DNA from: Octopus vulgaris
Taxonomy: Eukaryota
Direction of reading: 5' to 3'
DNA: 64,000 bases
NCBI GenBank assembly: GCA_951406725.2
Contig: OX597826.1
Coordinates: 63,364,001 to 63,428,000, forward strand
Shown: one piece after another, positions 29,501 to 43,676 of the stretch
How positions within the stretch are numbered: the stretch's first letter is position 1
Layout of the letters: every line of letters begins with the position of its first letter
The notes under the pieces: generated by a model
Databases searched by the model: none
Told to the model about the DNA's origin: nothing
Seen by the model: the letters and a program-made list of their open reading frames with translations, nothing else
Made by a program: the position numbers and the translations under genes

Positions 29501-30545
29501 TTCAGCAGTGAAAGCACAGGAAGTTTTCGTTCCGTCTGTGAAAATGAAGCTTAACGTATCCGGATACCAAACGATGGTTTGACCAGTTTCGTTCGGGAAA
29601 TTTTTCTCTCGCAAATTCCTCTCGATCTGAACGACTAAGATCTGCTAATATAGGTTTCAAGTTTTGGCACAAGGGCATCAATTTCGGAGGAGAGGTAAGT
29701 CGATTACATCGAACCCAGTGTTCAACTGGTACTTATTTTATCGATCCTGAAAGGCAAAGCCGACCTTGGCAGAATTTGAACTCAAAATGTGCAGACGGAC
29801 GAAATACTGCTAAGTATTTTACTCGGCGTGCAAACGATTCTGCCGGTTCGCCCCCTTAAGATCTGCTTTTATTGGCCATCTGAAAGTCGTGGTTGAGGAA
29901 CATCCAAAGCAAACCGTTCTAGTATAAGCAAATCAGTTCAATTCAAGTCACATTTCGACCATAAAACACTTTCATGGATAAGGAAATGTGTCTAAACTTG
30001 ATTAGTGGCCCCTTCATCATCTGACGGCCTCTCGGTTTAATCAAAGTCTTGCCCTCTGTTAGTCGTAGAAGAGCAGACTTATGACCGAACCTTTCCTTGA
30101 TGCAATCATCACGAGTGATGGAAAGTGAGTTTTCTGTAGTGATATCCAACGAAAACAACAATGGTTAGCAACCAAAAAAAAAAAAGAAGAATCTACCACC
30201 AAGCCAGAGCTCGTACAGCCGAAAGAAAATCTTGTTCGTGGTTGGTATAGTCTACGAAGAAGGGTATCAAGAAGTGTTAAGCCAAAGCAAAACATTTAAT
30301 GCGGAGAAATATTGTCGTGAATTGCATGGATTGCCGAAACATTTACAGAAAAAGTGTCCATCATCAGGCGCAGGCGTAGCTGTGTGGTAAGAAGCTTGCT
30401 TCCCAACCACGTGGTTCCCGGTTCAGTCCCACTGCGTGGCAACATGGGCAAGTGTAATCAGATAAGGCGATGGGCCGACCAAAGCCTTGCGGGTGGATTT
30501 GGTAGACAGAAACTGAAAGAATTCCACCGTGTGTGTGCGTGTGTG

Positions 30546-30597
<52 letters not shown>

Positions 30598-30619
30598 TGT
30601 GTGTGTGTATGTGTGTATG

Positions 30620-30651
<32 letters not shown>

Positions 30652-31255
30652 ACCACCGTTTGACAGCTGGTATTATTGTGTTTAAGTCCGCGTAACTTAG
30701 CAGTTCGGCAAAAGGGACTAATAGAATAAGTACAAGGCTTAAAAAAGAAAAATAAGTCCTGGGATCGATTCATTCGACTAAAACCTTCTTCAAAGTGATA
30801 CCCCAGCATGGCCGCAGCTTAATGACTGATATAATTAAAAGATAAAAGATGCAAAAATCATTGATCAAATTATAAAGGAGTATTGCCTTTACACACCAAT
30901 GCAAACCCACATATCGCCCAAGTCATCCATGAGAAGATTATAAGATTAAATATCGATGTTTTGCCTCATCCTCCACGCCCCTGACTTTACTCCATTTCAC
31001 TATCATCTTTTCAAATCAGAGGAAATAGTTTATTAATTATGAAGAGGTTCAAAATTATATCGATATTGAGTTTCGAAAACTGAAGAATTTTTTCCGCTCG
31101 AGAATTAAACAATTTGCCAGATAGACGAGATTGTGTTATCAATAATTCAATAACGAAGAGAAATATCTTGATTGAATATATCAATTAATATCAAAAGCAG
31201 CATTTGTTTCTTTCCCATCTTGAAATGCGACAGGACTTGCTTTCTAACCTATTAA
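29500..31255 (+). mobile_element. Decayed mariner transposon 2 (different lineage), split by two SINEs
   Basis: RWFDQFRSGNFSL, LKVVVEEHPKQT, EPFLDAIITSDGK, NAEKYCREL, LHTNANPH, DVLPHPP, with stops and frameshifts. Right TIR-like end tgcgacaggacttgctttctaacctattaa. Confidence 0.8.
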
Positions 31256-31467
31256 CATATATTTATATATATATATATACACACACACATATATATATAT
31301 ATACATACATACAAATACACACACACACACATATATATATTAGTGGCAATCTATACCGTCATCGGAGAAACTTAACTTTCATGTCATCTGACGCAATATT
31401 TAATATTACCCGAATTTTATGTGTGAGTGTATGCATATATACATATATACATACATTCATACATTCA

Positions 31468-31616
<149 letters not shown>

Positions 31617-31806
31617 GTATGCTTCTTTATTAGCCACACAGGGCTGCACACAGACGGGACTGATTACAAAGTAGAGCTTTTCTTTTTGGGGGACAGAAAA
31701 AGAAAGGTGGGTTAGGTTTTCTATCAAAAGGGATCGTAAAAGGGAAAGAAGAAGAAAAAAAGGGAAAAAACGATCAATAGGGATCGTGTATCACAGTGTC
31801 ATGGTG

Positions 31807-31894
<88 letters not shown>

Positions 31895-32725
31895 CATTTT
31901 AGTGACATCCTATTCCTTCATCGAGGAAAGTTTCGTGTCATCAGACGTTATATTATCTGAATTTTATGTGTGCGTGTGTGTGTGTGTGTGTGTAATTCAG
32001 GTAATATGTCTAATGTCAGAAGTTTTCTCCGATGATTGAATAAATGGCCACTAAAATTGTATCAGCTGCACAACTATTCTTGAAACAGCTGTAAGGGACC
32101 ACTTATACACCTTCTTCCTTATTCTCATCCACCTTTGAATTCTACCTACAGTGACCTGCTTTACCTACTATCGAATAGAATAATACGGACTTAGCTTATC
32201 GCCGTTCCGGGAGAATACCAGGACATGTAATAACCATTACGAACATTAGGTGCAGGCATGGCTGTTTGGTAAGAAATTTGTTTCCCACCCATATGGTTCC
32301 ATGTTCAGTCTCACGGCGTGGACCTTGGACATGTGTCTTCTACTGTAACTTCCGACCAAATCCTTGTGAGTAGATCTGATAAGAAGTCTCATTATCAGTT
32401 TTTTTGTTTTTTTTTCATCATCACTGCTTAGCGCTGATATTCTTGTATCTATTCTGACAGGTGGTCCGCAAGCGCAACTCAGTCACTGATACTGACTGTT
32501 CTAAGATAAAGTTACGACTTTCGAATCTGCTCGCTGTTCCTTCCCTTCGGTATGTCCTACTCAGGAAGGCTAAAGTGCCAGAAACGCGTCTGGGAGTCCG
32601 GTGGGAGGAGACAGTGAACAGATATGGTGTTTTTACCATAAGCGAGAATTTTTTCTCCACAGTAACTCTAATGAATTTCTCTTTGGAAGTTGAAATGCCA
32701 CAAATACATTTTAACTAACCTAAAG

Positions 32726-32778
<53 letters not shown>

Positions 32779-32974
32779 GTATATAGTTAATCAAAGCCGG
32801 GTGGATTCGATATTTTTTCTCTTTGCCTGTGAGCAGAGAGTATTGCTATCTGGGAGATATCTTATGGTAGTAGAATAGTATTTAGCTACTATTTCTAAAT
32901 TTCGGTATGTGGTGAAGCAATTTTGCTAAACTCTAATTATAATTATGTTTATAATTATAATAATTTTTGTATAT

Positions 32975-33262
32975 TTATATATATATATACATACACAGTA
33001 CATACATACATACATACATACATACATACATACATACATACATGTGTGTTTGCCTGTGTGCGTGTGCGTGTGTGTGTGTGTGTGTGCGTGCATGTATAGC
33101 GCAATTGACAGGGACATTAAAGTGCGTCGTTACGCCCCTCTGTTCTCTCATTTGAAATGATGCAGAAATTAACTTTGAGTTACACCTTTTCATGGGTAAT
33201 AAATAAAGTACCAGTTGTGTACAGGTGTCGAATTCTCCCTCTCTCACTCTCTCTCTCTCACA

Positions 33263-33334
<72 letters not shown>

Positions 33335-33408
33335 CTTTCTGCCTGTATTTCTCCTAAAAGAAATCAGTTGTCGGCAGATATGGAGAGAGGACACGGACAC
33401 ACACACAC

Positions 33409-33440
<32 letters not shown>

Positions 33441-33762
33441 GTACACACACACACACACACACACATACATACACAGATATGGAGAGAGGCGGACACCATC
33501 GAAGTTAAAAATGCCCAAGACACATGCTATGTTACAACGCAAGGCAAAGCATACACATGCATGCATACATGCATACATACATACATACATACATACATGC
33601 ATGCATACATGCATACATACATACATACATACATACATACATACATACATACATGCATACATACATACATACATACATACATGCATGCATACATACATAC
33701 ATACATACATACATACATACATACAGACACACATACATACATACATACATACATACATACAT

Positions 33763-33793
<31 letters not shown>

Positions 33794-33809
33794 TACATAC
33801 ATACATACA

Positions 33810-33843
<34 letters not shown>

Positions 33844-33995
33844 CATACACACACACATACATACATACATACATACATATATACATACATACATACATAC
33901 ATACATACACACACACATACATACATACATACATACATACATACATACATACATACACACATACATACATACATACATACATACATACATACATA

Positions 33996-34032
<37 letters not shown>

Positions 34033-34831
34033 CAAATTTTTTTAACCTAGATGTTAATGTGAGTGTCTATCATCAATGCCCGAAATTTAAAGTCAATAAA
34101 AGCGTGCACGGCACCGTCGAGACTCCCAACAGCAATGCCAAGTAGTCCCTGAAACCAGCAAGAGCATGATCTCTGGCTTCGCTATGATGTGGATGTTGTT
34201 TTGGAATTCCCTTCACCTAGTGAGATGTCTAAACTAAAAGTAAGGATCACTCACAGGTGTTGGATAGCCGTTGAATCCACTGGCTTCATCCGCCTTTGAC
34301 AGGTTTTGTTTTTCCTCTTACAGAGTGCCCAACGAAAACCGCTCTCCTTACCAAGCAAGCTTGAAATGGCTACCTAGTTTAGTCGCCGGAAGCCCGGCCA
34401 TGAGACAGGTTGTACTGGGTCACATGTTACCAGTAACACTAGAAGTAACCTGACATAAACCTAAATATATATCTATCTACCTATCTATCTGCCTATCTAT
34501 CTATCTATCTACCTATCTATTTATCTATCTATCTACCTACATATCTACCTATCTATCTATCTACCTATCTACCTATCTATTTATCTATCTATCTATCTGT
34601 CTGTCTGTCTGTCTATTTGTCTATCTGTTTGTCTGTCTGTCTATCTGTCTATCTATCTATCTATCTATCTACCTATCTACCTATCTATTTATCTACCTAT
34701 CTACCTATCTACCTATCTATTTATCTATCTATCTATCTAACGCTCTATCTATCTATCTACCTATCTAACGCTCTATCTATCTATCTATTTATCTATCTAT
34801 CTGTCTGTCTGTCTATTTGTCTATCTTTCTG

Positions 34832-34899
<68 letters not shown>

Positions 34900-34963
34900 C
34901 CTATCTATCTATCTATCTATCTATCTACCTACCTATCTAACGCTCTATCTACCTATCTATCTA

Positions 34964-34994
<31 letters not shown>

Positions 34995-35015
34995 GTCTGT
35001 CTATCCACCTATCTA
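32975..35015. repeat. Microsatellite-dense block (ACAT, CT, CA, TCTA/TCTG)
   Basis: Seen directly. Confidence 0.95.
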
Positions 35016-37034
35016 TTGAGGAATCTTAAATAGACAGGAAGAAGACTGGCAACTGACTATGCAATACCAATTACCTTTCTCCAAACCAACGATGTTTATC
35101 CAAGGAAAAGGCCACCGAGATAGATAAATAACACACACACACACACACACACATACTAAGGACATCTTCAAAAACATTGAATGAACATACAGATTTCCAA
35201 CATCTATATGTTTTCTCAACTGTCTCCTCGCCCCCATCCTAGTATTCTAGCTATTCAAAACAATGAAAGATAATTGGCGTACTTAAGAAATATGTTAACA
35301 TACGCTTCTTTTTTCTTAATAATAATCTGAAATCGTGTTGGTATAGCAATCAATTCTAATGGTCGTTAACCATCATTAATGTAATATTTATTCATGAGCC
35401 CTGGAACTCAAAAGGCGGGTTAATATGTAAGAGACTGAGATCACATTATCCCTTAACGGGAGGCCAGTAATTTTGAGGGGTGAGGACAAGTCGATTATAT
35501 CAACCCCAGTACTTGACGGGTACTTTTATTTTTGTGAAGCCCGAAGAGATGAGAGGCAAAGTTGACCTCGGTAAAATTTGAACTCAGAACCTAATGAACC
35601 GGAAAATATGTCGCTAATCATTTTGTCCGACGTGCTAACTAACGTCTGACATCTCACTCCGTTTTCATTACTTCTTTCTGTTGTAGGCACAAGGATCTAA
35701 CGGGTACTTTATTTTTATCAAGCCTGAAAAGAATAGAGGCAAAGTTGACCTCGGTAAAATTTGAACTCAGAAAGTAATAAACCGCAAGAAATGTCCTAAG
35801 TATTTTGTCCGACCTGCTAACGACTCTGCCCTTATGACTTCTTTCTGCCTGAAATTTTGTTGGGAAGGAATATTCGTTTCATCGATCCTAGTATTTAGCT
35901 GGTATTTTATTTTATCGATCCCAGCGGAATGTTATAGCAATATAGCGCACATGGAATGCCCTTGTTAATAGAATAGTAACTGTAATTAGTATAATAGCCA
36001 GTATATGTTTCTTTATTACCCACAAGGAGCTAAACACAGAGGGGACAAACAAGAACAGACAAACGAATTAAGTCGATTACATCGACTCCAGTGCGTAACT
36101 GGTACTTAATTTATCGACCCCGAAAGGATGAAAGGCAAAGTCGACCTCGGCGGAATTTGAACTCAGAACGTAACGGCAGACGAAATACCTATTTCTTTAT
36201 TACCCACAAGGGGCTAAACACAGAGGGGACAAACAAGGACAGACATAGGTATTAAGTCGATTACATCGACCCCAGTGCGTAACTGGTACTTAATTTATCG
36301 ACCCCGAAAGGATGAAAGGCAAAGTCGACCTCGGCGGAATTTGAACTCACAACGTAACGCAGACGAAATACCGCCACGCATTTCGCCCGGCGTGCTAACG
36401 GTTCTGCCAGCTCGTCGCCTATAGTCCTTTTAATAGTTTCAGAGGAAGGCTTAATAACTTTTCTCTTATATTTAGGTGTTAAATTGTGGAGGCGCGTGGC
36501 TTATGGTGAGGGTGTCGGCATCATGATCGTAACATTGTGGTTTCGATTCCTGGCCCGGGCGACGCGTTGTGTTCTCGAGCAAAACTCTTCATTTCACGTT
36601 GCTCCAGTCCACTCTGCTGGAAAAAATGAGTAACGCTGCGATGGACTGGCGTCCCGTCCAGCTGGGAAACACATACGCCACTGAAACAAGGAAACCGGCA
36701 CCATGAGCCTGGCTAGGCTTTAAAAGGGCGCATTTATTATTATTTCATTTATTCTATCCGTCTCGTTTTGTGAACCGTTATGAGGTCGTAAGCAAACCAA
36801 CAACCAGTTGCCAATCTAATTCACTCACAAGGGATTAGTCTTGGTCTGTCCAGGACTATAGTGGAACACAAAACCATGTGTTTGCAAAGCGAGCTTCCTA
36901 CGGATACAGCTATACCTGCGCCTATATTTATGGAAACTAGGATATACTTCGTAAAATGCTTAAAACTTGGCTGTTTTCATTATAGAAAAATAGTCGGTTT
37001 TTTCCGCTATCCAACCACAAAAGTTAAAGATAAA

Positions 37035-38395
37035 AATTTACATTTGACAGATATTTGTCCTCATCTTGTTTGTTGTCACAACATTTCGGCTGATAAACCT
37101 CCAGCCTTCATCAGATATCTTGGGGAAATTTCGAACCTGGGTTCTCATCCCTAAGGTTTTTTGTTATAATTATTATTATTACTATTATTCAGCTCACTGA
37201 TCATGTATGGAAAAATGGAGACCACCTCCCCCTGTGGGATGAAGTTAAAATAATAGACAGAGAATACCACTGGAAAATACGAAAACTAAAAGAATCGAAC
37301 TCGGAATCTTGGGGTTAGTAGCCCGCGCTCTTAACCACTATGCCATATGCCCGTGGGCAATTATGGAGTGAATTTTAGGACTTATAAATCTAATATTCTC
37401 CTATCCTTCCTTAATACCGGTTCCCATATGCTGTCCATATCTGCACTCGGTCTGCTTAGAAGGTTGTTGGGTCCTAACATATGTGCTGCTTCTTTTAGTA
37501 TTCGTATTTTCCAGTGGTATTCTCTGTCTATTATTTTAACTTCATCCCACAGGGGGAGGTGGTCCCCATTTTTCCATACATCATCAGTTATACCCCATTT
37601 TTCAATATCTCCCCGTGTCACAGCTTTGCGATGTTCTACCACCCTTATTTTGAGAGGGCGGCATGTTTCGCCTTTGTATAACCTGCCACAGCTGCATCGG
37701 ATGGGGTATACACGCAGTTCTTGGTCATATTCTCTTCTAATGGTGGTTTTACTCGAAGGAGATATTTGCAAAGTGTTGTATTACTCTTGAATACTGTCCA
37801 GATGTCATATGGGCCGCATATCTTTTGTATTTTTTCGGAGAGGCCTTTCACATAGGGTAGACAGATGTGTACAGTTTATTGGTTTCATCCTCTTTTTTCT
37901 TCATAATTGGAGTAGAGATTATGCTTTTGGAGTAGTTGTTGCTTAATACATTGTTACTGACCTTGATCATTTCTTCGTGGTGGGTATCACGATCGCTACT
38001 TATATTCATTGCTCGATGTTTTAAGCACTAAGCAATCCCTCTCTTTATACTGCATGGATGGTGAAGGTCGGCTGGCGGTAAACGGATGTCCTGAATCCAG
38101 GTCGACTTTGCCTTTCATCCTTTCGGGGTCGATTAAATAAGTACCGGTTACGCACTGGGGTCGATATAATCGACTTAATCCGTGTATCTGTCCTTCTTTG
38201 TCCCCTCTGTGTGTAGCCCCTTGTGGGCAGTAAAGAAATAGGATGTCCTGAATCCATACTTGGTGCATCTTATTAATACGACCAGGAATGCTAGCTGATT
38301 GTCTTTTTTCTTTTTCCACTGTGAACTGTATGGATGGCTTTATTGAGTTCACATGATCTAACAGCACTTGGACATCTTCCTGGTGGGGGTCAGAC
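37035..38395 (-). mobile_element. Penelope-like element, 5'-truncated and frameshifted: RT C-terminus, GIY-YIG endonuclease, terminal repeat
   Basis: RT thumb motifs LLDHVNSIKPSIQFTVEKE and FRTSVYRQPT. GIY-YIG VYPIRCSCGRLYKGETCRPLKIRVVEH...WDEVKIIDRE...KEA (37382-37771). Downstream region is shared with 47255-47530. A SINE is inserted at 38100-38240 with 16-bp TSD ggatgtcctgaatcca. Confidence 0.9.
37074..37120 (-). ncRNA. Minimal hammerhead-ribozyme-like motif in PLE terminal repeat
   Basis: GATAT-CTGATGA-A-GGCTG(gaggtttat)CAGCC-GAAA-TG-TT-GTGAC. Core and stem II intact, stem I weak. A more decayed copy lies at 47413-47460 (+). Confidence 0.65.
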
Positions 38396-38479
38396 AAAGC
38401 AAATGCTACAGTGGTGATGAAGAACAAGTCTGACTACTCTGAAAAAGGAGTCGTCACTGGAATAATGTTTGCCTTTCAA

Positions 38480-38668
38480 ACCCTCTTTCATGGGGCCGAA
38501 GAGATGATAGTCTGAAGGCGCTAAATTATTCCAGTGACGAGGAAGTGAAAACTGTAATGAAGAAGTGGCTCAAATAGCAGTGAACAGAATTTCACGGGGC
38601 AGTTATACATGCTCTCATTCGAAAGTGGAACATTGCTATTGAGAGAAACTGTGACTATGTTGAGAAAT
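38480..38668 (+). mobile_element. Mariner transposase C-terminal fragment
   Basis: YSSDEEVKTVMKKWLK*Q*TEFHGAVIHALIRKWNIAIERNCDYVEK. Confidence 0.75.
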
Positions 38669-38709
38669 CAGTGGAGGCGCAATGGCCCAGTGGTTAGGGC
38701 AGCGGACTC

Positions 38710-38785
<76 letters not shown>

Positions 38786-39700
38786 ACTAAATATATCACT
38801 ATTAAATAAGGTGCAGCGCGTTCAGCCTCAGAATTCCAGGATTCAATTACATATAATATCATGAGAGCAGGATTATTTCTTATTTCTTTATTGCCCACAA
38901 GGAGCTAAACAGAGAGGGGGACAAACAAGGACAGACAAACGGATTAAGCCGATTAGATCGACCCCAGTGCGTAACTGGTACTTAATTTATCGACCCCGAA
39001 AGGATGAAAGGCAAAGTCGATCTCGGCGGAATTTGAACTCAAAACGCAGCGGCAGACGAAATACCTATTATTTACTACCCACAAGGGGCTAAACACAGAG
39101 AGGACAAACAAGGACAGACAAACGGATTAAGTCGATTATATCGACCCCAGTGCATAACTGGTACTTAATTTATCGACCCCGAAAGGTTGAAAGGCAAAGT
39201 CGACCTCGGCGGAATTTGAACTCAGAACGCAGCGGCAGACGAAATACCACTAAGCATTTCGCCCGGCGTGCTAACGTTTCTGCCAGCTCGCAGGATTATT
39301 TCTACCTTCATGTATGTGTGTGCATGTTATTTACCTCTAATGATGGAGGTAATTTTTAAGACATATTCTATTTCTGGTGAGTGTAATAAATGATACCCAG
39401 AAACAATATCGTATGCATTTTGTTTTCTTCTTCTTCTTTAATAACTTGGCAACTCTGAATTCGTTTTTGAGTTCTACAATATTATAGAGGTGCCAACTTT
39501 AAGAAGTAGTTTTGCGATAACTAACAATGTATTCAATGTTACAATTTTCAAAAAAAAAAAACCAAATCGAAAATCAATTATACATCCCGTCCTACAATGT
39601 GTGTGTGTGTGTGTGTGTGTGTATGCGTGTGTGCACGCGCGTGAAGTTTTTTCGACAATATAAATCTAACATGTATATACACACACACACACACATACAC

Positions 39701-39732
<32 letters not shown>

Positions 39733-39733
39733 G

Positions 39734-39869
<136 letters not shown>

Positions 39870-39953
39870 CATATATATCATATATATCATTCGCCATGAT
39901 AGATCGCTAACCACTACACATTCTTTATTTTCTCTCCTTGTTTCTTTGTGTTC

Positions 39954-39989
39954 CTTTCTGTGGAAAAGCGTAGGCTCGAAACGTTAAAG
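39954..39989 (+). ncRNA. Minimal hammerhead-like motif in a ~200-bp insert between microsatellites (39888-40085)
   Basis: CTTT-CTGTGGA-A-AAGC(gtag)GCTC-GAAA-CG-TT-AAAG. Stem I CTTT/AAAG; A6>T deviation in the core. Confidence 0.5.
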
Positions 39990-40086
39990 ACATTTTCACT
40001 TCCCGAGCGTTATACTAATACATCTGTTTGTTTTCTACACCACCTGTCTTCGTCTTTTGTCTTTTTTTTTTGTGAATTCTCCCTAT

Positions 40087-40138
<52 letters not shown>

Positions 40139-40399
40139 ATTTTTAAAATAGTATCCATATTCGTTTATATATTTTTTACATGTGTACACAGGTAAAACAC
40201 TCGTATGTGTCCATATTTGTTTACAGGCGTACTAGGTTTCGTCCATACACAGGTATTTCCGTTTGTTTCCATGCGTAGAAAGGTATAACAAAGATGGGCC
40301 TAGCAGTAGAGTGAGAACTTCATTTGATCGTATTTATCAGCGTAATTCGACTCGTGATGGTAGTCGATATTCCAATAAGTGAATTTCTTTTCATGGCGG

Positions 40400-41420
40400 T
40401 ACTTAGAGATTATTTCCATCTTGTAACTAAAATGTCTGTTTTGGTGAGGTTGAAGTATCTTCATTAGTTTTTATGAGGTATCATCAAAAGACCAGAGAAG
40501 TTTTAACGTAGGTGTGCTTGTGGCTGCAACGCAATGAAGACCGGTGATATTGAAGTTTTCAAGGTTATGATCTTTTTACGTTCTATATGAGATTTGATTA
40601 TTATATGACTTGATTATGTTGTGGAAAAATTGCGAGTGAGAAAGATAATAAAGTAAAGCTGTGAAATGAACGCGTTGATGTGAGGAAAAATGGGTAGGCT
40701 GGTGAGAAATTACACGAGTTGAGTACGAGCTATACAATAGGCGAAGAAGTAAAATTTGAAGGAATGATGATTGTGTTTGTGGTAAGAACTAGATCAGCTG
40801 AAACAGGAATGACGTGTGAAATGCAAGAGAGGACGAAAGGACACAAACACAGTAATAGAGACTCATAGACAAAAAAAGACGGCAGAAAGTAGGAAGAAAA
40901 ACCTAATGGTAGAAGCTATAGAAAGAGAACTAAAATCAGTAAGAAGTGGTGAGAATGCAAAGAATATAGATGCTGTAAAGAATGTAAAGCATTCCTTTGT
41001 AAGGAGATATCAGAATTATAAAGAAGAATATCCAGAGAAAAGTTGAGCAAAATCTGTAACAACAGATGGCGATTGGAAGCGGGAACAGAATCGTTAATTA
41101 ATAGAATAGCATAATGGAAATAATTGGTTAATAGAACACGCATAACTATAGATATAAAATCTATGTCACACAAAGGATGTGCAATCATGATTAGTGTGTG
41201 CATCAAATTGCACACAACATATACAACCAAACTATACACACATACACACACGTGTTGATACATAAATACATTGCAATGCAAGCAAATGCACGCCATATAA
41301 TGACAAAACCAGAAGATGACAAAAACAAAGTCAAGATTTGGAGTGTGTATTAATGCCGTGTGGGGAAAAGATGCGAGGTAAAAAGTAAGGTACTGCTCTG
41401 AGTGTTTGCAGATTTCGTTG
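40400..41420 (+). mobile_element. Possible highly decayed DNA transposase (piggyBac-like)
   Basis: Purine-skewed, coding-like sequence with no long ORF and a terminal GKR...VRYCSEC-like Cys motif. Weak evidence. Confidence 0.25.
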
Positions 41421-42119
41421 ATCCAAAGCGTTTGAAAGCACCATAAACTGAGAGATATCGGAGGAGTATTCTGGTAAGTTAACGTTTCAGGTTACGGAAT
41501 TGAAGACACCAAATTACTTATGGAATTAGTATTTTAGATAAGGACCTCTGTTTTGCCGAAATGTAGTGCACCACAGAGCTTGCAAGTTAAGTGGTGTATT
41601 AGTTCAGAGAAAGTACCAAATGGTTCGTCCCACTGAAACTAAACTGGTAGAAGTCGTACAGGAGATGAAGAAAGAGGGTCATCTAGATGGGAAAGAAAAG
41701 GAAGTGTCAGGTTGGTTGCGCCCAGATCATATAGGATTTTTATACCTTTTGAGAAATAGAAATAGGGGCTCGAAAAAGATAGGGGTGATTACTGGGTTGG
41801 GTAGCAGTAAGTTTAAATTGCAAAGTACGGTCTACTGGAATGATTAAATCTCAGTTATAAGACGTTTTGGCGCCGTTTATTTGGCATCGCTGTTTCGATG
41901 CTCACTTATTTGACATTAGACGTTTTGTTGTTTCTTCCTTCTCTCTCTCTCTCTCCTTTCCCCTCTCTCTCACACTTTCTCTCTGGATGTGTATCTTTCT
42001 TTGTACATGCGTGTGTGTGTGTGTACCCACCTCCCAAATTTCTTTCTCAGAATGTCAACCCTCTCGAATTCTCGACATGCAAGTGATTTGCCCTACTATC
42101 GTCAAACTGTAGTATTTCA

Positions 42120-42219
<100 letters not shown>

Positions 42220-42801
42220 ATGTGTGTTTGCCTCCAGTAACGAAACTTATAGTCACTGAAACCGCTTGAATGTCCGGACAGATGTGCCACATAGTCAGCG
42301 CCTCCAAACAGCGGTACGATAATTGTATCTTTCTGTTAAGCTGTAACGTAGAGAAAAAAAATTAAGAACACCTGGACACTAGGTGGGAACGAGAGTGCGG
42401 CAATAATACAGGTGATTGATTCATTAAGAGGAAAAACAAAATATTTGCTTCGATTTCGAAATAAATTCACGGTGTTTCCAATTATGTTTTAGTTGGCATC
42501 TATCGTTGGCTGGATGTGAGACGGATTTTTGCCACTATGTAAGAGTTACTTAACGATATAAAAGTCTACCAGGTAACTTAAAACTTTTATAAGTTCACTA
42601 ATAATTGTGTTGTTTTTACTTTTTGTATAAGATATAGGCGCAGGAGTGGCTGTGTGGTAAGTAGCTTGCTAACCAACCACATGGTTCCGGGTTCAGTCCC
42701 ACTGCGTGGCACCTTGGGCAAGTGTCTTCTGCTATAGCCTCGGGCCGACCAAAGCCTTGTGAGTGGATTTGGTAGACGGAAACTGAAAGAAGCCTGGCGT
42801 A

Positions 42802-42867
<66 letters not shown>

Positions 42868-43213
42868 TGTGTGTGTGTGTGTGTGTGTCTGTCTGTCTTT
42901 GTCCCCTAGCATTGCTTGACAACCGATGCTGGTGTGTTTACGTCTCCGTCACTTAGCGATTCGGCAAAAGAGACCGATAGAATAAGTACTGGGCTTACAA
43001 AGAATGAGTCCCGGGGTCGATTTGCTCGACTAAAGGCGGTGCTCCAGCATGGCCGCAGTCAAATGACTGAAACAAGTAAAAGAGTAAAGGAGTAAGATAG
43101 TCCTCTCACTTATTTGACATGTCATGAAGGTAAAAAGATTAAATCCAATGTCTTTGTATTGGCCCAAGAGTTGGAGCTTTCGTTATTCCTATAACTTCTC
43201 ACAACCAATGTAC

Positions 43214-43398
43214 CAGTGCTCTGCAACCGGCATGCCCCAGCACACTGGTGTGCCACGAGACGATGCTAGGTGTGCCGCTGTATAACCTGGATATAATTTT
43301 TACCTCTATATTTTTAGTTATAGTTTTAGTTCAGGTGTGCCACCGAATTTTGAAAAGAATATGTGTACCACAAATGAAAAATAGGTCGCAGAGCACTG
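43214..43398. mobile_element. Short hAT-like MITE
   Basis: TIRs CAGTGCTCTGCAACC / GGTCGCAGAGCACTG with internal GGTGTGCC repeats. Confidence 0.75.
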
Positions 43399-43500
43399 AT
43401 GTATATCAACAAATAACAACAGATACATCGGTTGTAAGAGATGATAGGAATAACGAAGGCTCCAACTCTAGAGTCAATTTGAAGACAAATAAATTAATAG

Positions 43501-43676
43501 TTGCAGCGTGGAAGGTGTTTGTAAGCCATTTAAGAAACACACAAAAGCCGTTCGATTCACTTCAACATTTAAGTTTAATTTGTCAAAATATTTTCGTCGC
43601 CAAAATCGGCGACCTGTTCGCTGAAAAAAATCCGTGCTGCATCTTAAATGGCTTACAAACACCTTCCACGCTGCAA
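43501..43676. repeat. 35-bp perfect inverted repeat enclosing a hammerhead-like motif
   Basis: 43501-43535 versus 43642-43676. Motif at 43581-43624 (-). Confidence 0.9.
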
